Positions 11,841-24,719 of a stretch of 64,000 nucleotides of DNA are shown one piece after another; position 1 is the first letter of the stretch, and each line of letters starts with the position of its first letter. The stretch is from Mobula hypostoma (taxonomy: Eukaryota). Under the pieces are notes generated by a model that was given only the letters and a program-made list of their open reading frames with translations, did no database searches and had not been told where the DNA came from. The stretch spans positions 110,424,001 through 110,488,000 of the forward strand of contig NC_086108.1 of the NCBI RefSeq assembly GCF_963921235.1, written 5' to 3'. The position numbers and the translations under genes are program-made.

Positions 11841-12554
11841 GTGCAAAAAGCTTTCTTTACGACTCTGTCTACCCGTGACGCATGAATTAAGGACCTATAT
11901 TCTCAGATTCCTCCGTTCTACTGCACTCCTCCGTGCCCTTCTGTTCACTGTGTAAGACTTACCCTCATTGGTCCTACACCTCGCACTTGTCTGCATTAAT
12001 TTCCATTGTCAGCCCATTTTTCCAGCTGGCCCTATCCTGCTGCAAGCCAAGATAACTTTCCTCGCTGTCCACAACACCACCAATCTTGGTGTCATCTGCA
12101 AATTTGCTGATCCAGTTAACCACATTATCATCCAGATCATTGATATAGATGACAAACAATGGACCTAGCACTGATCCCTCTGGCACTCCACTAGTCACAG
12201 TCCTCCAGTCAGTAGACAAAGATTCTTCAATACAGTCATCGAGTTCTACAGCACAGAAATGGATCCTTCCAAGATACTGAGGCACTCCATTGGCCAAATT
12301 TGACCATGGGTGTTGCGTTCTCGCTGTCTACATTGTCACTGTCATCAATATGCAAGCCAGTGCACAAGTTATTGCAGTATGACATGGAGAGCAGGCTGCT
12401 GCCCAAGTAGCAGGCTCCCCCTCTCCGTGCAAAGACCGATACAGTCCGGCACAGCAGCATCGCAGGAGACTCCAGTCAGTGTTGACCTCAAAATTGGACT
12501 GCCTCAGGGACTCCAGCTCTGATTTGCTCCCAAAGTCTTCCCCATGAGTGGGTG

Positions 12555-13535
12555 TGTCCGCAAAGCAACTATCTGCCATCTCCAACGGGATCCCACCACC
12601 AAGCACATCTTCCCCCACCCGCACCCCCCACTTCTGCTTTCCACAGGGATCGCTCCCTATGTGTCTCCCTTGTCCATTTGTCCCTCCCCACCGATCTCCC
12701 TCCTGGCACTTATCCTTGCAAGCAGAACAAGTGCTACACCTGCCCCTACACCTCCTCCCTCGCTACCATTCAGGGCCCCAAACAGTCCTTTCAGGTGAGG
12801 TGACAGTTCACCTGTGAGTCTGTTGGGGTCATGTATTCTATCTGGTGTTCCTGGTGTGGCCTCTTGTACATCGATGAGATCCAACGTAGATTGGGAGACT
12901 GCTTTGCCGAGCACTTACACTCTGTCCCCCAGAAAAAAGTGGGATCTCCTAGTGACCGCCCATTTTAATTCCACTTCCCATTCCCATTCCAACATGTCCA
13001 TCCACGGCCTCCACTACTGTCATGATGTGGCAATACTCAGGTTGGAGGAACAACACCTTATATTCCATCTGGGTAGCCTCCAACCTGATGGCATGAACAT
13101 CGATTTCTCAAACTTCTGGTAATGCCTCCCTCCTCCCCCCCCCACTTTGCCGTTCCTCATCCCCTTTTACCTCCCTCACCTTATCTGCTCATCACTCTCC
13201 TCTGGTGCTCCTCCCCCCTTTTCTTTCTCCCATGGCTTCTATCCTCTCCTATTAGATTTCTCCTTCTCCACCCCTGTACCTCTTTCATCAATCAACTTCC
13301 CAGCTCCTCACACCTCCACTCTCCCGGTTTCACTTATCATCTTGTATTTCTCCTTCCCCTACACCCCCACCTTTTAAATCTACTCCTCATCTTGTTCTCT
13401 CCAGTCCTGCTGAAGGGCCTCGGCCCGAAACATGGATTGCACTTTTTTCCACGGACGCTGCCTGGCCTGCTGAGCTCCTCGAGCGTTTTGAGCGTGCTAC
13501 TTGGATTTCCAGCATCTGCAGATTCATTCTTGCTC
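12555..13535 (+). mobile_element. Penelope-like (Neptune-type) element, 5'-truncated; decayed hammerhead at about 13402-13438
   Basis: CKQNKCYTC linker, frameshifted GIY-YIG remnant, LRLEEQHLIFHLGSLQPDGMN C-terminus. Confidence 0.88.
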
Positions 13536-14659
13536 GTGGGAGGTTTCAGATCAGAGCGTTTTTTTTCTTTTCCACCCTTCCCTGATGGTTCTATAGATAC
13601 TTGGCGCAGTCTTGCGGTTCGCTCACAGAACTTTGAACTTTGAACTTGGAACATATCCATGCCAGCCAAGATGCATGGAGATGTTGGTTGAAGGGCCTGT
13701 TCTTGTGCTGTAGATAGAGTCACAGAGTCATAGGCTCCCAAACCAACAACACCACTACTTCTTTATCATTTCCTGTCAGTCACCTTGTGGACAGCATCCT
13801 CAGAATCTCTTGTGTCCAGTATCTTTTGTTTGTATGCCATTCAGGCAGGTCATCTCATACAGAAATACATTGACGTAGCACAAAAGGGAAAAAGAACATT
13901 GCAAAGTATCATAAACACGAAAAATCTGCAGACGCTGGAAATCCAGAGTAACACATAAAACGCTGGAGGAATTCAGCAGGTCAGGCAGCACCTATGGAGA
14001 GAAATAAACATTTCCAATTGGCGTTTTGGAGAAAGGGGAGGAGGAGGGGACCCATTGCAGTGTAGAGTGTTACAGAACATCAAACAGTAGAGCCACTACA
14101 GGCCATTTGGCCCACAATGTTCTGCCGACATTTCAACCTAGTGCAAGATCAATCTAACCCTTCCCTCCCACGTAGCCCTTCTTTCATCCATGTGCCTGTT
14201 TAAGGATCTCTTAAATGTCTCTAATGCGTTTGCCTCTACCTTCACCTCTGGACTGCCCTAGCTGGGCACAAGACTGATACTGTTCACACTACCTCTGCCT
14301 CTTATAATTTTAATCATTTCTAAAAGGTCACCCATCATTCTTTGACACTCCAAAGAATAAAGAGAGAGCATGGCCAACCACTCCCTATAGCTCAAGCTGG
14401 CAACATTTTCATCGATCTTCTCTGCACTCATTCCAGTTTAACCAAATCTTTCATAAAACATAAAATGTAGAACAGTACAGCACTCCACACACCCTTCATC
14501 TACCTTCTAATTTACTCCAAGATCAAGCAAACCCTTACCTCCTCTTCAGTAATTCAAAAAGTTCCAAATAAATTTATTATCAATATGCATATCTGTCACT
14601 ATGTGAGATTCATTTTCCTTGGGTATTCACAGTAAATACAAAGACAGAGAGAAGATAAA

Positions 14660-16885
14660 GTCTGCTGTAGCAGTATTTCAGTGGAGTCAGGGAAATTACA
14701 GTGGTATGAGAGAGGAGTTGGCCAAAGGAAATTAGAAGGAGATGCTGGCAGGGATGTCAGCAGAGCAGCAATGGTGTGAGTTTCTGGGAAAAATAAGGAA
14801 GTTGCAGGATAGATGTATTCCAAAAATGAAGAAATACTCAAATGGCAAAATCGTACACCCGTGGCTGACAAGGGAAGTCAAAGCTATTGTAAAAGCAAAA
14901 GAAAGGGCATACAACAAAGCAAAGATTAGTGGGAAGATAGAGGATTGGGACGTTTTTAAAAACCCACAGAGAGCAACTAAAAAAATCATTAGAAGGGAAA
15001 AGATGAAATATGAAAGCAAGCTGGCAAATAATATCAAAGTGGATGGTGAAAGTTTTTTTTTCAAGTATGTTAAAAATAAAGGAGAAACGATAGTGGGTAT
15101 AGGACCATTAGAAAATGAGGCAGGAGAAATAATAACGGAGGCAAGGAGATGGCTGATGAACTAAAGGAGTATTTTTCATCAGTCTTCACTGTGGAAGACA
15201 CAAGCAGTATGCCTGATGATGCAGTGTGTGAAGGAAGAGAAGTGGGTGCAGTTACTGTTACAAGGGAGAAGGTGCTCAAAAAGCTGAAAGACCTAAAGGT
15301 ACATAAGTCACCCGGACCAGAGGAACTGCACCCTAGGGTTCTGAAAGAGGTAGTGATAGAAATAATGGAGGCATTAGAAATGATCTTTCAAAACTCACTG
15401 GACTCTGACATGGTGCCAGAGAACTGGAAAATTGCAGAATGTTACTCCACTCTTTAAGAAAGGAGGAAGGCAGCAGAAAGGAAATTATAGACCAGTTGGC
15501 CTGACCTCAGTGGTTGGGAAGATGCTGGAGTCAATTGTTAAGGATGAGGTTATGGAGTACTTGGTGACACAGGACAAGATAGGACAAAGTCAGCATGGTT
15601 TCCTTCAGGGAAAATCCTGCCTGACGAACCTGTTGGAATTCTTTGAGGGGATTACAAGTAGGATAGAAAAAGAATATTGTATATTTGGACTTTCAGAAGA
15701 CCTTTGACAAGGTGCCACACATGAGGCTGCTTACCAAGATAAGAGCCCCTGGTATTACAGGAAAGTTACTAAGGTGGTTAGAGCATTGGCTGATTGGTAG
15801 GAGGCAGCGAGTGGGAATAAAAGGATCCTTTTCTGGTGGGCTGACAGTGACTAGTGGTGGTCCACAGGGGTCGGTGTTGGGACCACTTCTTTTTATGCTG
15901 TAAATAAATGATTTAGATAATGGAATAGATGGCTTTGTCACCAAGTTTTAGAGTGATATGAAGATTGGTGGAGGGGCAGGTAGTGTTGAGGAAACAAGTA
16001 GGCTGCAGAAGGACTTAGACAGATTAGGAGAATGGGCAAGCAAGTGGCAAATGAAATACAATGTTGGAAAATGCATGGTCATGCAGTTTGGTAGTAGAAG
16101 TAAATGTGCGGACTATTTTCTAAATGAGGAAAAAATCCAGGATTCTGAGATGCAGAGGGACTTGGGAGTCCTTGTGCAGAACACCCTGAAGGTTAACTTG
16201 CAGGGTGAGTAGGTGGTGAGGAAGGAAAATGCAGTGTTAGCATTCATTTCAAGAAGTCTAGAATACAAGTACAAGGATGTGATGCTGAGGCTTTATCAGG
16301 CACTGGTGAGGCCTCACCTTGAGTATTGTGAACAGTTTTGGACCCCTCATCTTAGAAAAGATGTGCTGGCATTGGAAAGGGACCAGAGGAGGTTCACAAG
16401 GATGATTCCAGGAATGAAAGGATTATCATACGAGGAACGTTTGATGGCTCTGGGTCTGTACTCGCTGGAATTCAGAAGGATGAGGGGGGATCTCAGTGAA
16501 ACCTTTCGGATGTTGAAAGGATGAGACAGAGTAGATGTGGAAAGGATGTTTCCCATGGTGAGAGAGTCTAGGACAAGAGGACACAGCCTCAGGATAGAGG
16601 GGCGTCCTTTCAAAACAGCGATGCGGAGAAATTTCTTTAGCCAAAGGTTGGTGAATTTGTGGAATTTGTTGCCACATGCAGCTGTGGAGGCCAGGTCATT
16701 GGGTGTATTTAAGGCAGAGATTGATAGGTTCTTGATTGGACATGGCATCAAAGGTTACGGAGAGAAGGCCGGGAACTGAGGTTGAGGAGGGGATAGAAAA
16801 AAAGGATCAGCCATGATTGAACGGTGGAGCAGACTCGATGGGCCAGATGGCCTAATTCTGCTCCTAAGGCTTATGTCTTATGGCC
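14660..16885 (+). mobile_element. Older CR1 LINE; ORF2 broken by stops and frameshifts
   Basis: Chain of ORFs 14742-16779 collinear with CR1 ORF2, then a 3' hairpin and tail. Confidence 0.92.
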
Positions 16886-18546
16886 TAAACACAATAGAAT
16901 CAACGAAAGGCCGCACACAACAAGCCAAGACAAACAACCAATGTGTTAAAGACAATGAACTGTAAATACAAAAAAGAAAACAAGAAGAAAATAATGATAG
17001 GAATACATATATAGGCAATAAATATCGAAAACGTAAGACAAAGAGGTTGAGTTGGTGGTGAGGAAGACAACTGCAATGTTAGCATTCATTTCAAGATGAC
17101 TAGAATATAAAAGCGAGGCATTGGTCAGGCTGCGCTTGGAATACTGAGAGCAGTTTTGGGCGGCTCATCTAAGCAAAGGTGTGCTGGCATTGAAAGGGTC
17201 CAGAGGAGGTTGACTAAAATAATTTGGGAATGAAAGGGTTAATGTATTAGTCCTTATTCTTAATAATTTCTCCTTTGGCTCCTCCCACTTCCTCCAAACT
17301 AAAGGTGTAGCCATGGGCACTCGTATGGGTCCTAGCTATGCCTACCTTTTTGTTGGCTTTGTGGAACAATCTATGTTCCAAACCTATTCTGGTATCCGTC
17401 CCCCACTTTTCCTTTGACAACTGCATTGGCGCTGCTTCCTGCATGCATGCTGAGCTTGTTGACTTCATTAACTTTGCCTTCAACTTTCACCCTGCCCTCA
17501 AGTTTACCTGGTCCATTTCTGACACCTCCCTTCCCTTTCTAGATCTTTCTGTCTCTATCCCTGGAGACAGCTTACCTACTGATGTCTACTATAAGCCTAC
17601 TGACTCTCATAGCTATCTGGACTATTCCTCTTCTCACCCTGTCTCTTGTAAAAACGCCATCCCCTTCTCGCAATTCCTCCGTCTCCGCCGCATCTGCTCT
17701 CAGGATGAGGCTTTTCATTCCAGGATGAAGGAGTTGTCCTCCTTTTTTAAAGAAAGGGGCTTCCCTTCCTCCACCATCAACTCTGCTCCCAAACGCATCT
17801 CCCCCATTTCACGCACATCTGCTCTCACTCTATCCTCCCGCCACCCCACTAGGAATAGGGTTCCCCTGGTCCTCACCTACCACCCTACCAGCCTCCGGGT
17901 CTAACATATAATTCTCCGTAACTTCCGCCACCCCCAATGGGATCCCACCACTAAGCACATCTTTCCCTCCCCCCCTCTGCTTTCCACAGGGATCGCTCCC
18001 TACACAACTACCTTGTCCATTCGTCCCCCCCATCCCTCCCCACTGATCTCCCTCCTGGCACTTATCCGTGTAAGCGGAACAAGTGCTACACATGCCCTTA
18101 CACTTCCTCCCTTACCACCATTCAGGGCCCCAGATAGTCCTTCCAGGTGAGGCGACACTTCACCTGTGAGTCAGCTGGGGTGATATACTGCGTCTGGTGC
18201 TCCCGATGCGGCCTTCTATATATTGGCGAGACCGGACGCAGGCTGGGAGATCGTTTTGCTGAACACCTACGCTCTGTCCGCCAGAGAAAGCAGGATCTTC
18301 CAGTGCCCACACATTTTAATTCCACATCCCATTCCCATTCTGTTATGTCTATCCACGGCCTCCTCTACTGTAAAGATGAAGCCACACTCAGGTTGGAGGA
18401 ACAACACCTTATATTTCGTCTGGGTAGCCTCCAACCTGATGGAATGAACATAGGTTTCTCAAACTTCTGCTAATGCCCCACCTCCCCTTCGTACCCCATC
18501 TGTTATTTATTTATATACACACATTCTTTTTCTCTCTCTCCTTTTT

Positions 18547-19203
18547 TTAAATATAATTTTTATTGAATTTTCAAAAAGAATACATGAAAAAAAGAATCTA
18601 CCCTCCCCCCTCCCCTTAACCCTCCCCCCCCCATATATAGTCCTACCTAAAAAGAAAGAAAAAAAAAGAAAAGAACCGCCTGGTTATTGGAAGGTTTCCA
18701 CATGCTCCATGGGATTCAAAATGAATTTGGTATAATTATTTGTTACTTTCCCCAAGTGACCAAAGTCTTTATCGGAGCACTTAAATATGCCATCCTATCT
18801 TTTGTAAATAAGGGCGCCAAATATTCAAAAATGTTACATATTTATCTCTTAAATTATAAGTAATTTTTTCAAGTGGAATAGAACTAGCCATTTCATTATT
18901 CCAACGATCCATACTTAAATACGAATCAGATTTCCAAGTAACTGCTATAGTCAATGCCAATGCAATTTTTATAAATTCTTTCTGATATTTATTCAAGTTT
19001 CGGTTTTATCCCTTCAATATCACCTAATAAAAATAATACAGGGTTATGTGGAAGTTGAATTGCAGTAATTTGTTCCAATAAGATTCTTAAATTTATCCAA
19101 AAGGGTTGAATTTTAAAACAAGACCAAGTAGAATGTAAAAAAGTACCAATTTCTTGATTACACTGAAAACATTTATCAGAAAAATTTGAATTTAATCTAT
19201 TTA
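18547..19203 (-). mobile_element. L1-clade LINE 3' fragment inserted in the Penelope UTR
   Basis: CFQC...HSTWSC knuckle, PLEKITY...IWRPYL C-terminus, G-rich 3' UTR, AATAAA; 20-nt TSD at 18527-18546 and 19204-19223. Confidence 0.88.
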
Positions 19204-19433
19204 TTTTTCTCTCTCTCCTTTTTCTCCCTCTGTCCCTCTGACTATACCCCTTGCCCATCCTCTGGGTTTCCCCCCCTCCCCGGGCCTCCTGTCCCATGAT
19301 CTTCTCATATCTCTTTTGCCAATCACCTGTCCAGCTCTTGGCTCCATCCCTCCCCCTCCTGTCTTCTCCTATCATTTTGGATCTCCCCCTCCTCCTCCCA
19401 CTTTCAAATCTCTTACTATCTCTTCTTTCAGTT

Positions 19434-19469
19434 AGTCCTGACGAAGGGTCTCGGCCCGAAACGTCGACT
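19434..19469 (+). ncRNA. Minimal type I hammerhead ribozyme motif, intact core
   Basis: AGUC-CUGACGA-A-GGGU(CUCG)GCCC-GAAA-C-GUC^-GACU. Confidence 0.8.
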
Positions 19470-20424
19470 GTACCTCTTCCTAGAGATGCTGCCTGGCCTG
19501 CTGTCTTCAGCAGCAACTTTGATGTGTGTTGCTTGTAATAAAACATAATTCAAAATGCATCTGGTGCGCAGCAGAGGTAAGCAGTAAACAGCTCGCTGTC
19601 CCAGTGACGAGACCCCAGTGGTGGCAGAGTATTCTCCTTCCCCATGGTCATGGGATGGGTGGTAAGGATCCTCAACAATGCTTTGGACCCTTCATCTACA
19701 ACATTCCTGGTAAATGTCACAAATAGAGGGGAGGGAGACCCCAGGGGTCCTCCTGACAGTATTTACTGTCCTAGACCCCGAAGATCGTTTCAGCAATCTT
19801 AGATGGAAGGCAATAAGTGCAATAATTTTGGTTACTGAAATGCAAATATCAACTCCTGACGGTTAGCCTGTCAGTTTCCAGTAAGTGAAAAAGACAAGAT
19901 AAAGCGATCGTTCAGTGATTTGCAAAGGAAGTTTCATTCAGAAGGGAGACCTGTCGGGACATTTATAAATCCCGGAGTGGCCCCTATCAACAAAGGAAAA
20001 TGGTTACCATAGTTGGGCCCAGCCATGAAGAAAAACCAGCCGTGATCGAATGCGAAGCTGACTAACTGAGCCAAAAGGCCTTATTCTGCTCTGACATCTA
20101 ATACAGCTCAGTCTACCCACAGCCTCTTGCTGCAGGGGGGCCCAAGAGCCATGACGTAGTGTTGTAGCTCACTAAAACCCTGGTGAGACCACACTTGGAA
20201 TATTGTGTTCTGTTCTGATCGTCTCATTATGGAAGCTTCAGAGAGGATGTAGAGGAGATTCACCAGGATGCTGCCTGGATTAAAGAGCATGTCTTATGAG
20301 GACAAGTTGGGCGAGCTAAGGATTTTCTGTTTAGAGCGAAGGAGGATGGGAGATGACTTCAGGATCAGAGTCTGGTTTACTGTCACTGGCATATGTTGTT
20401 TTGTGTCAGCAGTATCACGGCAAT

Positions 20425-20790
20425 TGTTCATTCGTTTGTTATGTGCCATGTCGTATGACGTGGGATGTCTTGGTCTTTCCATGACTATGATTGTTCTTGG
20501 CACATTTTTCTACAGAAGTGCTTTGCCATTGTCTTCTTCTGGGCAGTGTCTTTATAAGATGGGTGACCCCAGCCATTATCAATGCTCTTCAGGGATTGTC
20601 TGCCCGGCGTCAGTGGTTGAGTAACCAGGACTTGAGATACGCACCAGCTGCTCATACAACCATCCACCTGTCTTGTAAAGTTGCTGCTGAGAAGAAGGCA
20701 ATTGCAAACCGGTTCAGTAGACAAATTTGCCAAGAACAATCATGGTCATGGAAAGACTGTGATCGACCACGGAACAGAATGAATGAAATC
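20425..20790. mobile_element. Two inverted fragments of an RTE-derived non-autonomous element (20425-20680 minus, 20690-20790 plus)
   Basis: Both match 36050-36440 (gaagaaggcaatggcaaa...gccaagaacaatcatggtcatgg). Confidence 0.7.
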
Positions 20791-20830
20791 CAAGTGCCAC
20801 TTCCCTTAAGATGGTGGCACAGTTTTTGTT

Positions 20831-21448
20831 TTAGATTATGAAGACACGTAGTCCTATTTTATTGTCATTTAGTAATGCATGCATTAGGAAATGATACAAT
20901 ATTTACTCCGGTGTGATATCACAAAACACAGGACAGACTGAGACTGAAAAAACTAACAAAACCACATAATTATAACATATAGTTACAACAGTGCAACAAT
21001 ACCATAACTTGATGAAGAAGTCCATGAGCAGAGTAAAAGTTCAAAGTCTCTCAAATGTCCCACATCTCACGCAGACGGGAGAAGGAAGAAAAACTCTCCC
21101 TGCCATGCTGACCACAATCCGACTCTGAGTCATCCGAAAACTTCGAGCTCTGATCAGCTCTCCGACACCGAGTACTGAGCGCCATCTCTGTCCGAACGAT
21201 TCGACTCAACCTCGGTCGCCAAAAGCAGGCAAGGCCGGGGATTTTGAGGCCTACCCTCCGAAAGACTCCCGACCACACAGTAACGACAGCAGCGTATGAG
21301 TGTTTCAGAAACTTCTCCAGATGTTCCTCTGTGCTTTCACATCCCTCTCCATCAAATCAGAATTGTCCACGGCCCCATTTAACAGATACGACATCATTTT
21401 TCACCGGAGGGCTGTGCACGCGCGGCGCGCTGCTCTCTCTCCTCCCGC
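20831..21448 (-). mobile_element. Non-autonomous retroposon, copy A (internal deletions, variant head)
   Basis: Collinear with 28226-28900 and 41334-41974. Confidence 0.8.
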
Positions 21449-22189
21449 AGTTGGATGCAACAGCCACTTTGAGTCCCTCCGAAGGTGCAGTTGTTTGTCC
21501 TTTACCTCTTTTTCACGATCGCAAGGCACAGCTTGATATCAAGAACACCGAGTGCTGCGGGTTGATCCCATCAGCGAGTTGCTGAATAGCGAAGGGGCTG
21601 GACTTATTGCGCACCATATTGCAGCCTGCTTCAGCCAACTTGGGAAGAAGGCGTCATTCGCAGTGCGTGATCCAACGGATGGAGCGGAACATTTTTGTTG
21701 TGAACACAAGACCCTGTTGGACAGAGAACGTTGCAAGACCGATTCGCTGTCCATTAGTATTACCAACAGAGGGGAGCTAGCTGCGAGGCCTCTATTATGG
21801 CACAGACTAGGCCTTCATTCATGCCTTTGGGTCTCCTGTTGAGGCCGCCGAGGAAGGAGATGCCAGAGCTGCTGTGTGCCGCTAGATTCCAAACTGTGTT
21901 GAGGGCTAGCTCCTCCCGTCAGTACTCTTTTCCATAGGCGCTGCCTGGCCTGCTGAGCTCCTCCAGCATTTTGTGTGTGTTCCTCCAGTCAGTGCTGCCC
22001 TCTGGTGTTCATTCTGTGAAAGACAAGCTGGATTGTATTTGGATGTGGCTGCACACTGTGTAATATGGCAAACTGCAGTGGGGTTGTTCTTGGAGAAACG
22101 TGGCCTCCAGGGCACCATCAATCTACAGACCATGACATGTCGAAGACATTCAACAATTCCCTCTCTTGCGATCCAACACCAACCTAATT

Positions 22190-23180
22190 TTCCCCATCCC
22201 CTTGCATATTGAAGTACCTCATTATAATTGTGTCATTAACCTTATTACATGCCTTTTCCAGCTCCCTTTGCAATCTCAACCCCACGTCTTGGCTACTATT
22301 TGGAGGTCTATATATGACTTATATAATTTTCTTTTAACCTTTCAGTTTCTTAACTCCACCCACATAGATTCAACATTCTCTGACCCCCTGTCTCCTCTTT
22401 CTAAAGATGTAATTCCATCTCTTACTAACAGACCCACACCAGTGCCTATGTCTTCCTGCTTGTGCTTTTGATACAGAATATATCTTTTGATGTTAAGCTC
22501 TCAACTATGGCCTCTTTCAGCCACGACGCAGTAATCCCCACAACATCAGAGCAATTAATTTCTAATTGTGCTATGAGTTTGTCCACCTTATTCCGCATGC
22601 TATGAGTATTTTAATACAACACCTTAAGTCCTGCATTCTTCACCCTTCTGAGTTTTGCCTCTGTGATACCATTTAACTCTTTGGTCTGTCTGCACTTACA
22701 CCCAGTCATCGGCTTGTCCTGCCTTCCGTTCATGTTACACCCATCATCTACTTGTAAACGTGCTGGCTCATTCTCAGCTCTGTCATTCTGGCTCCCATCC
22801 CCCTGCCATATTAGTTTAAAACACTCTCAACAGCTCAAATAAACCTGCCCTCAAGAATATTGGTCCCCCTCGGATTCAAGGGCAACCCATCCCTTTTGTA
22901 CTGGTCCCACCTGCCCCAGAAGATGTCCCAATTATCCAGAAATCTGAATCCCTGCTCCCTGCTCCAATTCTTCAGCCACGCATTTATCTGCCACCTCATT
23001 CTGTTCCTATACTCTCTGTCGCATGGCACAGGCAGCAGTCCCGAGATTACTACCCTTGAGGTCCAGCTTCTCAGCTTCCTTTCTAACTCCCTATATTCTG
23101 TTTTTAGGACCTCCTCCCTTTTTCTGCCTATGTCGCTGGGACCAATATGTACCACGACTTCTGGCTGCCCACCCACCCAG
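22190..23180 (-). mobile_element. Decayed CR1 spanning the ORF1 end, the junction and the start of APE
   Basis: ORF 22835-23206 VVVHIGPSD...DGLPLNPRG; TTTAAAC-TAA at 22820-22811. Confidence 0.85.
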
Positions 23181-23309
23181 GATATTGTGGACACATTCAG
23201 AAACATCGCAGAGGGAAAATGGATCAGCCATGATGAAATGGCAGAGTAGATTCAATGGGCCAAATGACCCTTTTCTGCTCCTATATCTTATCTTATCAAC
23301 TTCAGGAAC

Positions 23310-24710
23310 CCTGTGCAGATTACAGAGGAGAAGATATTTGCTGCCCTGAGGCAAATCAGGGTGGACAAATCCCCAGGACTTGACAAGGTGTTCCTTCAGA
23401 GTCTGCGGGAGACAAGTGCAGAAATTGCTGGGGTCATAGTGGAGATATTTAAATCATTCTCTGTGACAGGAGAGATACCAGAAAACTGGATAGCCAAATT
23501 TGTTCTGCTATTAAAGAGAGGATCTAAATGTAAGCCAGGAAATTATAGGCTGGTGTGCCTGATATCAGTGGTGGGAAAATTATTGGAGGGTAGTCTAAGG
23601 GACTGTATGTATACTGCAAGTACTTGGATAGACGTGGACTGATTGAGGATAGTCAGCATGGTACTGTGTGTGATAGGTCATGTCTAACCAATCTTTAGAG
23701 TTTTTTGAGGAAGATACTAGGAAAGAGGATGAAGACAAGCCAGTGTATGTTGTCTACATGGACTTTACTTAGGCATTTGACAAGGTCCTCCATGGGTGGT
23801 TGGTCAAGAAGGTTCAGTCTTTCGACATTCAAGATGAGGTAGTAAATTGGATTAGACATTGGCGTTGTGGGAGAAGTCAGAGTGACGGTAGATGGTTGCC
23901 TCTCTGACTGGTAGCCTGTGACTAGCGGTGTGCTGCAGGGATCAGCGCTGGGTCTGTTCTTGTTTGTCATCTTTATCAAAGATCTGGATGATAACGTGGT
24001 TAAACTGGATCAGCAGATTTGAGGATGATACCAACACTGGTGGTGTAGTGGACAATGAGGAAAGCTATCATGGCTTGGAGAGTGAATTGGATTGACTGGA
24101 AAAATAGGACATTGGCCTTCATAAATCAAAGTATTGAGTGCAGGAGATGAGAAGTTATGTTGAAGTTGTATAAGACATCAATAAGGCCTAATTTGGAGTA
24201 TCATTTGCAGTTTTGGTCACCTAACTACAGAAAAGATGTAAATAAGGTTGAAAGAGTACAGAGAAAACTTACAAGGATGTTGCCGGGTCAGGAGCAGCTG
24301 AGTTACAAGGAAAGATTGAATAGGATAGGACTTTATTCCTTAGAATGTAAAAGATTGAGGGGAGATTTGATAGGGGTATTCAAAATTATGAGGGGTATAG
24401 AAAGCAAACAGGCTTTATCTGCAGAGGTTGGGTGGAGCCTCCAAAGATCATGGGTTAAGGTGAAAGGATTGAGGGGAAATGAGGGGAAACTTATTCACTC
24501 AGAGGGTTGTGTGAGTGTGGAATGAGCTGCCAGCAGATGTGGTCCATGCAAGCTCAATTTCAACGTATAGGAGAAGTTTGGATAGGGACATGGATGGTAG
24601 GGGTGTGGAGGCTATGGTCCCAGTGCAGGTCAATCGGAGCAGGCAGTTTAAAAGGTTTCAGCCTGGATTAGATGGGTCAAAAGTCCTGCTTCTGTGCTGT
24701 ACGTTTCTAT
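23310..24710 (+). mobile_element. Decayed CR1 RT region and 3' end
   Basis: DKSPGLD, KPGNYRLV, RPNLEYHLQFWSP, WNELP. Confidence 0.85.
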
Positions 24711-24719
24711 GGTGGGAGG

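Larger units (their letters stand above)
9275..12215 (-). mobile_element. Decayed CR1 (9275-9875 and 11840-12215) hosting nested Rex1/Babar and RTE elements
   Basis: VTSGVPEGSVLGPLFVIYINDLD...KFADDTKIGG; LYSLEYRRLRG; CR1 tail near 9275. Confidence 0.8.
17250..19535 (+). mobile_element. Penelope-like (Neptune-type) retroelement: RT C-half, Cys linker, GIY-YIG endonuclease, terminal repeat with hammerhead
   Basis: KGVAMGTRMGPSYA, LPFLDL, YYKPTDSHSYLDYSSSHP, IPFSQFLRLRRICS, CKRNKCYTC, VIYCVWCSRCGLLYIGETGRRLGDRFAEH; catalytic motif region damaged. Confidence 0.93.

Noticed and set aside
18989..19546. 185-aa ORF
   Set aside because: Chimera of antisense Penelope UTR and the L1 zinc-knuckle region across the insertion junction.
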